From: an uncultured delta proteobacterium
Lineage (GTDB): Bacteria > Desulfobacterota > BSN033 > UBA1163
Direction of reading: 5' to 3'
Length of the DNA: 64,000 bases
Assembly: GCA_963708295.1 (NCBI GenBank)
Contig: CAVPSJ010000017.1
Coordinates: 480,001 to 544,000, forward strand
The notes under the pieces were generated by a model. That model saw nothing but the letters and a program-made list of their open reading frames with translations. It ran no database searches and was not told where the DNA came from. Positions 1-10,734 of this stretch are shown here, piece after piece. Each line of letters opens with the position of its first letter. Position 1 is the stretch's first letter. The translations under genes and the position numbers were made by a program.

Positions 1-444
1 GTTTTGGAGGGAGCGGTTCCGCCCGGGAGACATGCAGTCGTGATCGGTGGTGGGTTGATCGGCATGGAAACAGCGGATTATTTGTCTCAAAAAGGAACGC
101 AGGTCACCCTGGTTGAAGTCCTTAAACGTTCGCCGGTTCCCAAAATCACCTCCCACGGCTATATGCTGCACACCCGGCTCAAAGAAGCCGGGTGCCGGCT
201 CCTTTTCAACACAGTTGTAAAGGAAATCGAAGAATCTTCTGTAAGAGTTCTTATTGAGGGTACAGAAGAAAACCTCTCCCCGGTCGACCAGGTCATCATC
301 GCCGTTGGACTTAAACCCCACGATAAACTCAAGGAGATCTTACAGGCCAAAAAGATTCGTCATTTTATCATCGGGGATGCCCTCCAGCCTCGCCGAATCA
401 TCGAGGCCACAGAAGAAGGGGCTCGTGCCGCCTGGAATCTCTAA
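1..444 (+). CDS. C-terminal part of an NADH:flavin oxidoreductase (Old Yellow Enzyme / 2,4-dienoyl-CoA reductase-like); 5' end outside window
   Basis: VVIGGGLIGMETA Rossmann motif, VTLVE, and C-terminal IIGDA..PRRIIEATEEG typical of the family. Confidence 0.8.
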   Translation, partial: VLEGAVPPGRHAVVIGGGLIGMETADYLSQKGTQVTLVEVLKRSPVPKITSHGYMLHTRLKEAGCRLLFNTVVKEIEESSVRVLIEGTEENLSPVDQVIIAVGLKPHDKLKEILQAKKIRHFIIGDALQPRRIIEATEEGARAAWNL

Positions 445-668
445 AAATATAGGGAATCGACGACTCGCTTCCTCGCCCAGCTTAATCCCGACCGGGCCAA
501 AAAATAATCTGATCCCCAAGCGCTACTTTTCAGCCAGGCACTCTTTCTTCCTTGCAGGATTTCATTCGTCATTTCATTCGTCGGGCCAGGATCTCTGCTT
601 AGGAGAGTTGCCACGACAATGAATGGGAGTCTGACATAGAAAAAGGGACAGGTCGTAGCCGTCTCTTT

Positions 669-2267
669 TTAACGATTTTCTATTGCAAACGAGCAATCTC
701 CCATGGCGAGGCTCTCTGCGTAAGTTTTCCGGGGGGCAGCTTGGGCGGTTGGAGCTTTCTTCATCACTTCTTCCCTAAGGATTTTCTTGAGGACCTTGCC
801 CGTCTGGCTCTTGGGTAGCTCCTTCACGAGCCGGATTCTTCTTGGATACTTATAGGGTGCAACTCGTTCTTTGACGAACTGACGTAATTCTTCGGTTGTC
901 GTTCGGGTCCCTTGGCGAAGCACAACCACTGCGGCAACTTCTTCTCCCAAATCGGGATGTGGAACACCCACCACTGCCGCTTCGACCACGTCGGGATGAG
1001 TGTAAAGGATTTCCTCAACCTCTCTGGGGTACACATTATACCCTCCCCGAATGATCACATCCTTCTTGCGATCCACAATGTAGATATATCCCTCCTCATC
1101 CATGCGGGCTAAGTCGCCCGTATGTAACCATCCTCCCCGGAGAGTTTCAGCAGTGGCTCCGGGTTGGTTAAAATATCCTTTCATGACACCAGGTCCACGG
1201 ATAATAAGCTCTCCCACTTCTCCGACTGGGACATCTTCATCCTGATCATTCACAATGCGTGCCTCAAACCCAGGGATGGGAAGGCCAATGGACCCAGGTC
1301 GGGTTTTGCGACCGAAAGGGTTTTCCACACACACAGGCGAGCACTCGGTAAGCCCGTATCCTTCGTAGATGGTGGTATGGAAACGGTCCTCGAATCGACG
1401 AAGCACTTCCACCGGAAGAGAGGCGCCCCCCGAGATACAGAACCGAAGCCCGGATCGCCTCGGCGGATGAAGATCGGCTAACTCCACCAGGCGGCTCAAA
1501 ATGGTGGGTACCGCGATCAAGATGGAGCTCTCCTCCTCTTCAATAGCAGGAAACAACTCCCCGGGATCGAAGTGGGACCACAGCCGGATGGTCAAACCTA
1601 GATAGATAGAAGAGTTGAATACACTCGTTTGCCCGAAGATGTGGAAAAGAGGTAGGACGCCGAAGACGACATCCTTTGGGTCGGTTGAACGCATATTCGC
1701 CACGGTCATGGCATTGTTTGCAAGATTGTAGTGAGTGAGCATGGCTCCTTTGGGATGGCCGGTGGTGCCGCTGGTGTAAACGATGGCCCAGAGGTCGTCA
1801 TCTCGAGTCTGAAAAGGAGGAAAATTCTTGTTCTCCGCGAAGAGTTCCTCCAGGGGAATGAATCCCTGGTTAGGCGATACGCCTTGGGCGATTCGCAGAT
1901 CCATCTTGGGTAGGTGCGCCATGACTTGGCGAGGGTGTTCCAAGTAGTCTTTGTGGCCGATGAAGGCCCGTGCGCCGGAGTCTTTGAAAATGTGCTCGAG
2001 CTCGCCCACTCTATAAAGGAAGTTCACCGGGAGGACCACAGCCCCAACTTTTGCCAATGCGTAGTAAACGATGACCCAGTCTATAGAGTTGGGCATCATC
2101 AACACACAAATATCTCGGGGGTGGAGTCCAGCACGAACGAGTCCGTAGGACAAACGATCCACCTCCCTGTTTAATTCTTCATAGGTGATTGTTCGTTCAA
2201 GGAAACGAACGGCGGGATGCTTAGGCCTACGCGCAGTGCTCTCAATGAGGAGGCTGGAAATGTTCAC
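669..2267 (-). CDS. long-chain-fatty-acid--CoA ligase (AMP-binding)
   Basis: YTSGTTGHPKG, EGYGLTE, WLHTGDLA and LPKSQTGKVLK motifs. Confidence 0.93.
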   Translation of the reverse strand: MNISSLLIESTARRPKHPAVRFLERTITYEELNREVDRLSYGLVRAGLHPRDICVLMMPNSIDWVIVYYALAKVGAVVLPVNFLYRVGELEHIFKDSGARAFIGHKDYLEHPRQVMAHLPKMDLRIAQGVSPNQGFIPLEELFAENKNFPPFQTRDDDLWAIVYTSGTTGHPKGAMLTHYNLANNAMTVANMRSTDPKDVVFGVLPLFHIFGQTSVFNSSIYLGLTIRLWSHFDPGELFPAIEEEESSILIAVPTILSRLVELADLHPPRRSGLRFCISGGASLPVEVLRRFEDRFHTTIYEGYGLTECSPVCVENPFGRKTRPGSIGLPIPGFEARIVNDQDEDVPVGEVGELIIRGPGVMKGYFNQPGATAETLRGGWLHTGDLARMDEEGYIYIVDRKKDVIIRGGYNVYPREVEEILYTHPDVVEAAVVGVPHPDLGEEVAAVVVLRQGTRTTTEELRQFVKERVAPYKYPRRIRLVKELPKSQTGKVLKKILREEVMKKAPTAQAAPRKTYAESLAMGDCSFAIENR

Positions 2268-2278
2268 GATCTTACCTT

Positions 2279-2461
2279 AGGTTGCCGAAAAATGGCCATT
2301 TGCTGCGTTTCACTCATCCTTCGTCGTTGCGGCGTACAGCCAAGTACGCCTCACTCCTCAAGATTTCGTGGGCCTTGCATCTGCCTGCCTGCGCGCAGCC
2401 GCTTCGGCGAAGGCAGGGCCCTTTTTGAGCAACCTGGGGAAAACGACTTTTTCAGCAGCCT
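2279..2461. repeat. MITE-like intergenic element with a nested CCTGCC..GGCAGG hairpin
   Basis: Inverted ends AGGTTGCCGAAAAA (2279) and TTTTTGAGCAACCT (2422-2435); right part shared with 26740-26810. Confidence 0.65.
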
Positions 2462-2509
2462 GTTAGTGTTTCAAACCTCGCGTTGAAGTGCCAAAAATTG
2501 AGGCCTTTC

Positions 2510-3346
2510 TCACTCAACCCTGGCATAGGCGTGGCTGAGGACGATTCCACGGTCAGTGCGGGATTGGATCAGGTAACGGCCCTCTTGGCTTCTCCATCCC
2601 TCTGTCACGAGGGAGTCGCCGGGATAGACCACTCCGGACAATCGGGTTTTGAACTCCTTAAAGCGTCTCACATCTCCGTCACAGGTCTTGTATAAGATCG
2701 CTCTCACGGCGTGCCCATAAGTACAAAGGCCGTGGAGGATGGGACGGGGAAAACCACCCCTCTTGGCAAAATCAGGGTCGATGTGAAGCGGGTTGAAGTC
2801 ACCGTTGAGGCGATAGAGGGCTGCTTGGTTTTCGGGGATAAGATACGAGACTGTGAAATCCGGCCGGGTCCCTTTGGGAGGCTCAAGTATTTCTGCTTTC
2901 GGCCCGGGGTCGCCACCAAACCCTCCTTCGCCCACATAGAAAATGGTGCTGTCGGTTTCGGCCAGAGGATGACCTCCCTCTGTCATCACCTTCTTCCGCC
3001 AGACGATGAGCGCCCCTTTGACCTTGTCATAGATATTGGCAATCTGTCCTTCGACAAAGGTCTTCCCTTCGGGTGGAATCGGGCGATAGAGCTTGATGGC
3101 CTGTTCCCCGTGAATGAACCTGGATAGGTCCACCTTCAAATCTTTAAAGAGGTCAATCAGTAAATCCATGCCCATCACGACGCTAAAGCTGGGAAATACC
3201 CTTAGTCCGCCCTTGAAGTTCTCGTAGACAAATGGGAGTTCCTCTTCCTGCGCGCCGATACTCAAGGCATACAGGACCACATCCTTCCATGTGTACTCAA
3301 AAGAGATCGGACCGTACTTTTTACCCACCAGGCGCAAATCAATCAT
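2510..3346 (-). CDS. MaoC/MFE-2-type (R)-specific enoyl-CoA hydratase, double hot-dog fold
   Basis: Hydratase-2 motif YRLNGDFNPLHIDP...ILHGLCTYG; N-terminal DVVLYALSIGA. Confidence 0.88.
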   Translation of the reverse strand: MIDLRLVGKKYGPISFEYTWKDVVLYALSIGAQEEELPFVYENFKGGLRVFPSFSVVMGMDLLIDLFKDLKVDLSRFIHGEQAIKLYRPIPPEGKTFVEGQIANIYDKVKGALIVWRKKVMTEGGHPLAETDSTIFYVGEGGFGGDPGPKAEILEPPKGTRPDFTVSYLIPENQAALYRLNGDFNPLHIDPDFAKRGGFPRPILHGLCTYGHAVRAILYKTCDGDVRRFKEFKTRLSGVVYPGDSLVTEGWRSQEGRYLIQSRTDRGIVLSHAYARVE

Positions 3347-3362
3347 GTATGCTTTCTTTCTT

Positions 3363-3591
3363 TTACTAATGAGGCCATAATTGAGAAGACATGACTATAC
3401 TGCTTCCGCAAATCCCATCCCCTTCCTGACCTCCCCCTTGAAGGGGGAGGAATACAAGGATTTCCCTCCCTTTCAGGGGGAGGGGAAGCCCTGCACCACG
3501 TAGGGTGCAGGACAATGCCCTGAACCTCACATGGTTCAGGGGGTGGGGGCGGGTCAATCAGATGTCTATTCAATGATGGGCCGATTAATAA
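3363..3591. repeat. MITE/REP element with ~20-bp inverted ends and a nested 54-bp double hairpin
   Basis: Reverse-complement homolog at 35104-35280 lacks the insert; core near-identical to 32442-32584. Confidence 0.8.
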
Positions 3592-3725
3592 TTCGTTTTG
3601 CTCCTTCCAAATCTTCGTCTAAAGGAATAAGCGATCTCATCTCTCAAGGATTATACCGAGGATGTGCAAATGGCAGGAGTCATGTCAAAGGCTTTGCAAA
3701 GCCATGACGCTCCGGAGGCTAGCCA

Positions 3726-4475
3726 CTAAAGTCCCAGATATGTCTTACGTAGAACCTCGTCTTGAAGCAGTTGCTCGCCGGTTCCTTCGGCGATAATTTT
3801 TCCAGAGGAGAGGACATAGTTCCGGGAGGTCATCTTAAAGACCGTGCTCACCTCCTGCTCAACGAGCAAGACGGTGATCCCTAACTTGTTAATCGCTCCG
3901 ATCTTCTGAAATACCTCTGCTCGTAAAAGGGGGGCAAGGCCGGTCGAGGGCTCATCAATGCACAACAGTTTGGGCTTAGACATCAATGCCCTGCCAATGG
4001 CGAGCATCTGTTGCTCTCCACCGGAGAGCGTCCCGGAGATCTGGTTTGATCGATCCTTGAGCACGGGAAACAGTTGATATGCCGTACTCAAATGATCCCG
4101 AATTTCGTCCTTGTCCTTTAGCAGGTAAGACCCGGCCATGAGATTATCGAAGACCGTCATCTCCCGGAATGGCCTTCGCCGCTCCGGACAAAGAATCAGA
4201 CCTCGCTTAACGATTTCATGGGCAGGTATCTGATCGATTCGCTCTCCATCAAAGGTGACCACGCCCTCAAGGATGATATCACCATGGGTTGACCTCCGCG
4301 TAATCTCCCTCTCCCAGGCGACCAATCCGGTGATGGCTCTGAGCAGGGTGGATTTGCCAGCGCCATTGGGGCCCACGAGGCTGACCAGCTCTCCTGCCTC
4401 GATGCCCATGCTCAAATTGTTAATGAGCATGGCCTTGTCATACCATACCGATAAATTGGCAACTTCAAGCAGCAC
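3726..4475 (-). CDS. livF: Liv-type ABC transporter ATP-binding protein (LivF-like)
   Basis: GPNGAGKST, LSGGEQQMLAIGRALM, DEPS.GLAP, VEQ. Confidence 0.9.
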   Translation of the reverse strand: MLLEVANLSVWYDKAMLINNLSMGIEAGELVSLVGPNGAGKSTLLRAITGLVAWEREITRRSTHGDIILEGVVTFDGERIDQIPAHEIVKRGLILCPERRRPFREMTVFDNLMAGSYLLKDKDEIRDHLSTAYQLFPVLKDRSNQISGTLSGGEQQMLAIGRALMSKPKLLCIDEPSTGLAPLLRAEVFQKIGAINKLGITVLLVEQEVSTVFKMTSRNYVLSSGKIIAEGTGEQLLQDEVLRKTYLGL

Positions 4476-4478
4476 GCG

Positions 4479-5246
4479 CTAGATCCCTCCTTGGCCGAGG
4501 TAGGCCTCGATGACGTGAGGGTTTTTGACGATTTCGTCGGGCGTTCCATCGGCAATGATGGTCCCGAAATTCAGGGCGATAATACGATCCACGATCTTCA
4601 TCAACCATTGAAGCTTATGCTCGACGATGATCATCGCCGGTCCTTCGCTATGCAATCGACCGAAACGGCCACCCTTGTGCAGGCGCTTGATCGACTTGGC
4701 CATGAGATCCGTTTCAGCAGGACTCAACCCTCCGAAAGGCTCATCCAGGAGGAGCAATTCCGGCTCCGTGGCCACGGCCCGAGCCACTTCGAGCCTCTTA
4801 AGGTCACCCTGTGAAAGCGTGGAAGCTTTCTCCAAGGCCATGTCTGAAATGCCTGCAAACTCCAGGGCGTCCATGGCTTTTGCCTCTAACCGCTTGACCC
4901 ATTCCCCTCTCTTCATGGCACGCGGGGAAAGGCAGGAAACCATGACATTGGCAATAATCGGGAGGCGCCGGAACGGTCTCATGTTCTGAAAAGTGCAGGC
5001 GATGCCCATATTGACGATATCCCAGGTCTTGCGGCCAACGATTTCTTTTCCCATGAAACGGACGTTTCCCGCATCCGGCTTCAGAATGCCGGTGATCAGC
5101 CGCAGCAGAGTGGTCTTGCCAGCACCGTTCGGGCCGATCAGGCCCAGGATCTGGTCCCTTTCCATGGAAAAACCGACGTCGTTGACGGCCCGAAGACCGC
5201 CGAAGTTCTTGGTGAGTCCTTTGATTTCGAGGAAGGATTGGGTCAT
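4479..5246 (-). CDS. livG: Liv-type ABC transporter ATP-binding protein (LivG-like)
   Basis: FGGLRAVNDV, GPNGAGKTT, LLLLDEP, VIEAYLG. Confidence 0.9.
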   Translation of the reverse strand: MTQSFLEIKGLTKNFGGLRAVNDVGFSMERDQILGLIGPNGAGKTTLLRLITGILKPDAGNVRFMGKEIVGRKTWDIVNMGIACTFQNMRPFRRLPIIANVMVSCLSPRAMKRGEWVKRLEAKAMDALEFAGISDMALEKASTLSQGDLKRLEVARAVATEPELLLLDEPFGGLSPAETDLMAKSIKRLHKGGRFGRLHSEGPAMIIVEHKLQWLMKIVDRIIALNFGTIIADGTPDEIVKNPHVIEAYLGQGGI

Positions 5247-5247
5247 A

Positions 5248-6958
5248 TCACCTCTCTTCGCTCTCCTCTCTCAGCTCCCGGCGGGAAACCTTTCCCACGT
5301 CCGTCTTCGGGAGCTCGCCCCTGAATTCGATAATCTTCGGAACTTTGTAGTAGGCCAGATTCTCTTTACAGAAGTTAATAATCTCCTCTTCGGAAATTTT
5401 ACCCCTGGCTTCGCTTTCCAGGACCACATAGGCCTTGATGAGATTACCCGCTTTCGGGTCGGGCACTCCCACGACGCCGGCCGCTTTGATTTTGGGATGC
5501 TTGAAAAGGACCTCTTCGACATGTCTGGCGAAGACCGAATATCCCTTGACTTTAATGAGATCCCGTTTGCGGTCAAAGAAGTGGAAATAACCTTCCTCAT
5601 CCATGCTGACCAGGTCTCCGGTTCTAAGCCACTTCTCTCCGTCGATGTCGATCAAGGTCTCCCGGGTTCCGTCCTCTCTTTTCCAATATCCTTGCATGAT
5701 GTTCGGTCCGTTCAGAATCAATTCCCCGACCTCACCGGGCGGCAAGAAATGCGTGCCTTCGTGTTCGATAATGGCGGCCTTCATGCCGGGGAGGGGAACT
5801 CCGAAAGAACCCTTTTTGGGCCGATGCGTAGGGCTGGCGTGGCTCACGGCAGTGGTCTCGGTCATCCCATACCCCTCGAAGATCTTTGCTCCGGTTCTTC
5901 TCTCCCATGCTTCAATGGTCGATTCATGAAGGGTATCCGCGCCACAGGCGATCAGTTTGAGCCGCTTCCAATTGACCCTGTCTGTTTTTTCATATTCCTT
6001 GAGGTATTCGAACATGGTGGGCACGCCATAGAATGCGGATGCCTGGTATCTTTCCATGGCGGAGAGGATGTCGTCTATATCCGGCGTGGTGAATAGAACC
6101 ATGGTGAACCCCTGGGCAAGACTTGCAAGCATGACGACGACCTGACCATAGATATGGAAAAAGGGCAAGAAGGCCATGACCAATTCGTTGCCTTCTTCGA
6201 AGAAAGGCCAGAACGTTCTTACTTGCGCCTGTAGGGCCGCAATATTGCCGTGTGTGAGGATGGCTGCCTTGGGAAGCCCTGTGGTGCCCCCCGTGTAAGG
6301 AAGGACTGCGATATCCGTCGCCGGGTTGATCGTTACTTTGGGAGGCTGAGGCGGGTACTTCTTGATGAGGTCCTGAAATTGAAGGAGGCCAGCTTCCTTC
6401 ATAAACTTAGGCGTTGGCACGTGCATTTCACTGTAGACTTTTCCCAGGGCTCCCTTTCCCAAAAGCTTTTTAAGCGTGGGCAAGTAATCAGCAATACTGG
6501 TGAGAATCACATTCTTCATGGACGATGCCGGTCTTCTCCACATTATCATAAAGGATATCCTGACAGACCACGGTCGCCGCATCGCTGTCTTGAATCTGAT
6601 GCTTTATTTCGTGGCTGGTGTAAACGGGGCTGACAGGGGTGACTTTCGCGCCGATTTTCAAAGCCGCAAAATAGGCGATCACGTACTGCGGGCAATTCAG
6701 GAGATAGAGCGCGACGGTATCACCTTTCTTTACCCCTAAATCGGCCAGAGCTGCGGCGAAACGGTCAATCAGCTCTTTCAGCTTTGCATAGCTGATCTTA
6801 TTCCCGTAAAAGATCAGAGCAGTCTTATTGCCGTATTTCTTCACAACCTGGTCAAAAAGATCGGGGACGGATACGGAGGGTATGTCCACGGTGTCCGTGA
6901 TCCCCTCGGGATAGTGCTTCAACCAGGGTTTCGAAGCGTAGGCTTCCTTTGCGTTCAT
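5248..6958 (-). CDS. long-chain-fatty-acid--CoA ligase, split by a frameshift near 6510-6525
   Basis: ORF 6488-6958 (KPWLKHYP N-terminus) continues into ORF 5248-6582 (YTGGTTGLPK, EGYGMTE, LPKTDVGK). Confidence 0.88.
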
Positions 6959-6997
6959 TTTTTCTCCTCACATGAGATGCTCGTTATCGGTAACCGT

Positions 6998-7087
6998 GTC
7001 ATTGCGAGCGATCCCGCCTCGGCGGGAGAGCGCGGCAATCTCATTCAGGAAATACCGGATGGCTTCGTTGCGCACCTCGCAATGACG
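6998..7087. repeat. REP-like palindromic element GTCATTGCGAG...CTCGCAATGAC
   Basis: 11-bp perfect inverted ends; internal hairpin CCCGCC-TC-GGCGGG. Confidence 0.75.
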
Positions 7088-7107
7088 AGTTACTCAATGC
7101 GTTTGTA

Positions 7108-8148
7108 TTAGTCCAGCGGTGCCGTGCACACGCGGCACGTATGGCGCGTGGCGATATTTCTGATTTTGCACCGCGGACACTCCTTTTCTATCTTGTCCCG
7201 CAGCCAGGGAAAGAGGCCATCGGGCATATACAAAAGAATCAACAATACCACACACGCGAACATTAGCGTTCGATACTCTTGCCAGAAGCGAAGAAGCTCC
7301 AACAAGGGGAAGAGGATGAATACCGCCCCAACCGGGCCATAGATGGTCACGATTCCGCCGAAGATAGCCCAGATGACCACCTGGAAGGACATGGAGACTT
7401 CGAGCGTTGAAGGGCCTGCGATCCTCATGAAGTGCGCATAAAGCCCTCCGGATACGCCAGCAAAGAAGCCACTGAGACAAAAAGCAAGAAGTTTGTAACG
7501 CGTCGTGTTGATGCCTGCGGCCCGAACGGCCAGTTCATCCTCCCGGATGGCATGGAAAATAATGCCGGTATTGGAGTCGGTGACCTTCCACATGATAGTG
7601 CACAGGCCGAGCATCGTCACGACGGCGATATAGTAGTTGGCGACGCGGGATCCAGCCAGCCGAGCGATCCCTGAAATCCCCAGCTCTCCACCCGTAAGGT
7701 TAGGAAGAGCGAAAACGATGCCCATCAGGATGATGGGGAAGGCAAGGGTGGTCAGGGCCAGATACGTCCCTCTGAGCCTGAGGCAGGGTATCCCTATGAT
7801 CAATCCTGCCAGAACTGCACCTAGGGCACCTAGGGGGATGGTGCCCCATGGAGGAATATGCGCGTGCTGATTGAGCAAAGCTGCACCGTAGGCGCCCACT
7901 CCAAAGAAGAGGGCATGTCCGAAATTCAGCTGGCCAGTAAAGCCGGAAAGCAAATCCCAGCTCGCGGCCAATATGGCAAAGATGCTGGTCAGAGTGAAAA
8001 TGCGCAGAAGGTAGGGATCTTCGGTAAATATGGGGAAGAGAAGCAGAAAGAGAAAAAAAAGCACGACAGCGATACGGGACGGGAGAACAAGCACTTCCTT
8101 CTTAAGTACGGTGAAGAGTTTTCTCAGGTAAAAGAAAATGAGGTTCAT
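7108..8148 (-). CDS. livM: Liv-type ABC permease (LivM-like) with C-terminal zinc-ribbon-like tail
   Basis: GQLNFGHALFFGVGAY, LRLRGTYLALTTL, AIREDE; tail CPRC-x10-CRVC. Confidence 0.9.
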   Translation of the reverse strand: MNLIFFYLRKLFTVLKKEVLVLPSRIAVVLFFLFLLLFPIFTEDPYLLRIFTLTSIFAILAASWDLLSGFTGQLNFGHALFFGVGAYGAALLNQHAHIPPWGTIPLGALGAVLAGLIIGIPCLRLRGTYLALTTLAFPIILMGIVFALPNLTGGELGISGIARLAGSRVANYYIAVVTMLGLCTIMWKVTDSNTGIIFHAIREDELAVRAAGINTTRYKLLAFCLSGFFAGVSGGLYAHFMRIAGPSTLEVSMSFQVVIWAIFGGIVTIYGPVGAVFILFPLLELLRFWQEYRTLMFACVVLLILLYMPDGLFPWLRDKIEKECPRCKIRNIATRHTCRVCTAPLD

Positions 8149-8152
8149 GTTT

Positions 8153-8213
8153 ACCCCGTTAGAAACCCCGCGCGAACTCTCCCGTTAAAAGACCGAAAGC
8201 CTTCTAACGGGGT
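8153..8213. repeat. palindromic intergenic element ACCCCGTTAGAA...TTCTAACGGGGT
   Basis: 12-bp perfect inverted repeat between two co-oriented genes. Confidence 0.7.
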
Positions 8214-9089
8214 CTATCTTTCTTCTTCGAAGGAAACGCCAAAGAGGCCCTCCGGCCTGATGAGCAACACGAGGATCATGATGGAGAGCGCCACGGAACC
8301 CTTCAGAAAGGCGCCCATGGGAGCAAGAAAGACCACGAGTGCCTCGGCAAAGCCCAGGATGTACGCCCCCATGAAGCTGCCCTTTAGGCTGCCGAGTCCG
8401 CCGAGTACGACGACTGCCATCATCATGATCAGAGGGTGCAGCCACATATGCGGTTCGAGTATGGTAAGAGGTACGACGACGGCGCCTGCTAAAGCGGCTA
8501 ACCCAACGGAGATGCCCATGGTGATCATCGCGATTCGAGCCTCGTTGATCCCCATGAGATTGGCCACTTCCTTGTCTTGAGCAGTGGATCGGATGGCCAA
8601 GCCCAATTTGGTCCTCATCAGCAGGATCCAAAGCCCCCCCATGATCAACAAGGCCACACAAAAGGTCAGGAGCTGTTGATAAAAGACCTTTACACCCAAG
8701 ATCAAAAGATACCCCTTGATGAGTGAAGGCACACTCAAATAGGTGCCCGTAAATTTAAGAAGCATCATCTCTTGGAGGGCCATCGCCAGGGCGATGGTTG
8801 CGATCAACACGGCCCCTTCATGCTCCCGAATAGGGTTGATGAAGATCTTGTAGGAGATCATGCCCAGCAAGGTGACCAGAACGATGGCCGCAACCACGCC
8901 CCACATGGGATCGAACCCCATCTTTTGGCTGACGAAATAGATGCAGTAGGCAGCCACCATATAGAAGGCAGTGTGGGCAATGTTTACGATGCGGGCTACG
9001 CCAAAGACCAGGGAAAACCCAATCGCAAGAAGGGCGTATACACTCCCACTGATGAGACCACTGATGATGATGTTCAGAACAAGACCCAT
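8214..9089 (-). CDS. livH: Liv-type ABC permease (LivH-like)
   Basis: GSVYALLAIGFSLVFG, NIAH, TKLGLAIRS, RPEGLFG. Confidence 0.92.
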   Translation of the reverse strand: MGLVLNIIISGLISGSVYALLAIGFSLVFGVARIVNIAHTAFYMVAAYCIYFVSQKMGFDPMWGVVAAIVLVTLLGMISYKIFINPIREHEGAVLIATIALAMALQEMMLLKFTGTYLSVPSLIKGYLLILGVKVFYQQLLTFCVALLIMGGLWILLMRTKLGLAIRSTAQDKEVANLMGINEARIAMITMGISVGLAALAGAVVVPLTILEPHMWLHPLIMMMAVVVLGGLGSLKGSFMGAYILGFAEALVVFLAPMGAFLKGSVALSIMILVLLIRPEGLFGVSFEEER

Positions 9090-9276
9090 ATGACCTCAAA
9101 TTCCAATCACGAAAATTCCAAGTTCAAAACAGTATCCCTCGCCTCCCGCCCTCGGTATGGACCGGGGCAGGCAGGATTACCCGTTTCGTCATCCGGTGTT
9201 GTGCGTCTCAACCACTTCACTTAACCGTCTTAAGATGCGCCCTGTCTGACGATGGCCGTAATCTTTTCTGCGGCCA

Positions 9277-10593
9277 TTATTTCTTATACTTCTCGATGAC
9301 CCAAGGCGGTATTTTGTAGGAACCAATCCCTTTATACGTGATCTCGGGCGCCTCCGGGGTTGCCTTCCACTTGTTGGGCCAGACGCCCTTTAGCTCACCA
9401 TCCTGCCATTGGACACCCAAGCTGGTCAGATACCCCGGGCCCCATCTGAGTTCATGAAGGGGTCGTCCTTCGGCATCCTTCAAGTATGCCACGACGCCGG
9501 AAGGGGCCTGATGCACATCATTTTCCATAACGGCCACCAGTTTGTCAGGATCAAGGGTCCCAATTTTCTCGATCATCGGCGTCAGCGTGTACTTAATCGC
9601 CGCATAAGTATCCGCAGTGTAGGCCGGTGTCTCGCCAAATCTTTTGACATAGCCGTCCACAAATGGCTTTGTGAGTTCATTATACTCAACGCCACGAGCA
9701 TAGGTATTCGTCGTGAAAGCATAATTGCCCATCTTCTGAGTAGCCTGCCAGAAGCCATCCTTCTGGGCCTCCACATTGATGCCCACCAGGACAGCCGGGA
9801 TCTTGAGTTCCCCTGCCTGTCTGGCAAAGGGAATGCCCACCGAAGAAGAGAAGATCGTGAAAATGATATGGGCCCCTGTACGTTGGATAGCGGAAAGTTC
9901 GGCGGTGACATCCGTAGCCACCGGAGAGGGTCTCCAAACGCCAACCACCTCCATACCCAGCTTAGGGATGGTAGCCTCGGAAGCTGGAACCATCGCATCG
10001 GCCCATTGGGCCTTTTCCATGACGACGGCGACTTTTATTTTGGGGATGTCTAAGGATTGTTTCAACATGGCTCCAACTGTGGCCAAATGGATGAAGCTCG
10101 TTCGGACAAGAAATGTGGAATTGAAGGGGGAGCCCCGGAACCAATACTTGTAAGTGTTGTAGTTCTTGGCCACCCTGTTACAGAGCTCATCCGTGGCAGC
10201 CCCAACGCCGATAAAGATTTTCTTGTTCTCCATGGCAATGTCCTGCATCGGCAGGACCGCTTCGGTCCGGAAACCGCCAACAATGAAGTCTATTTTGTCC
10301 TTCGTGATGAGCCGCTCCATGGCATTCGTGGCATCCGTGACGTTGAGGAATTCGTTGGAATCCGTTTTAACGAGCTGGATTTTCATCTTTTTATTGCCAA
10401 CCTGGACGCCCCCTTTGGCATTCAGCTCCTCGGCAGCCATGGTTGCCCCATTCCAATGGCCTATCCCCTGCACAAATTGCATGGGTCCGATCACCCCGAT
10501 CTTAATGTCCTGGCCAAAGGATGCTGTGAAAGAAGCTACGCCGAAGAAGAAAGCCATTGCCAATATGAATATTCTTTTCTCCCACCTTTCCAT
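9277..10593 (-). CDS. Liv-type ABC transporter substrate-binding protein
   Basis: Signal peptide; IKIGVIGP..AAEELNAKGG periplasmic binding protein type 1 start; first gene of the operon. Confidence 0.88.
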   Translation of the reverse strand: MERWEKRIFILAMAFFFGVASFTASFGQDIKIGVIGPMQFVQGIGHWNGATMAAEELNAKGGVQVGNKKMKIQLVKTDSNEFLNVTDATNAMERLITKDKIDFIVGGFRTEAVLPMQDIAMENKKIFIGVGAATDELCNRVAKNYNTYKYWFRGSPFNSTFLVRTSFIHLATVGAMLKQSLDIPKIKVAVVMEKAQWADAMVPASEATIPKLGMEVVGVWRPSPVATDVTAELSAIQRTGAHIIFTIFSSSVGIPFARQAGELKIPAVLVGINVEAQKDGFWQATQKMGNYAFTTNTYARGVEYNELTKPFVDGYVKRFGETPAYTADTYAAIKYTLTPMIEKIGTLDPDKLVAVMENDVHQAPSGVVAYLKDAEGRPLHELRWGPGYLTSLGVQWQDGELKGVWPNKWKATPEAPEITYKGIGSYKIPPWVIEKYKK

Positions 10594-10734
10594 TTGGAAC
10601 CCCTCCTTTTTTGAGATTTTCTAAAATCTCTGATTACAAACGATTAAAAGCCGATTACACAGATTCGAAATTCATGGAGAATTCAGGAAAATCTGTGTCA
10701 TCCTCTTTTGAAATCTGTGGAATCGAGAAAGCTT

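Noticed and set aside
445-668. 12-bp tandem duplication ATTTCATTCGTC and a possible gene remnant
   Set aside because: Too short, with no recognisable homology
4993-6096. 367-aa plus-strand ORF (likewise 10708-11463)
   Set aside because: Antisense shadows of well-supported minus-strand genes
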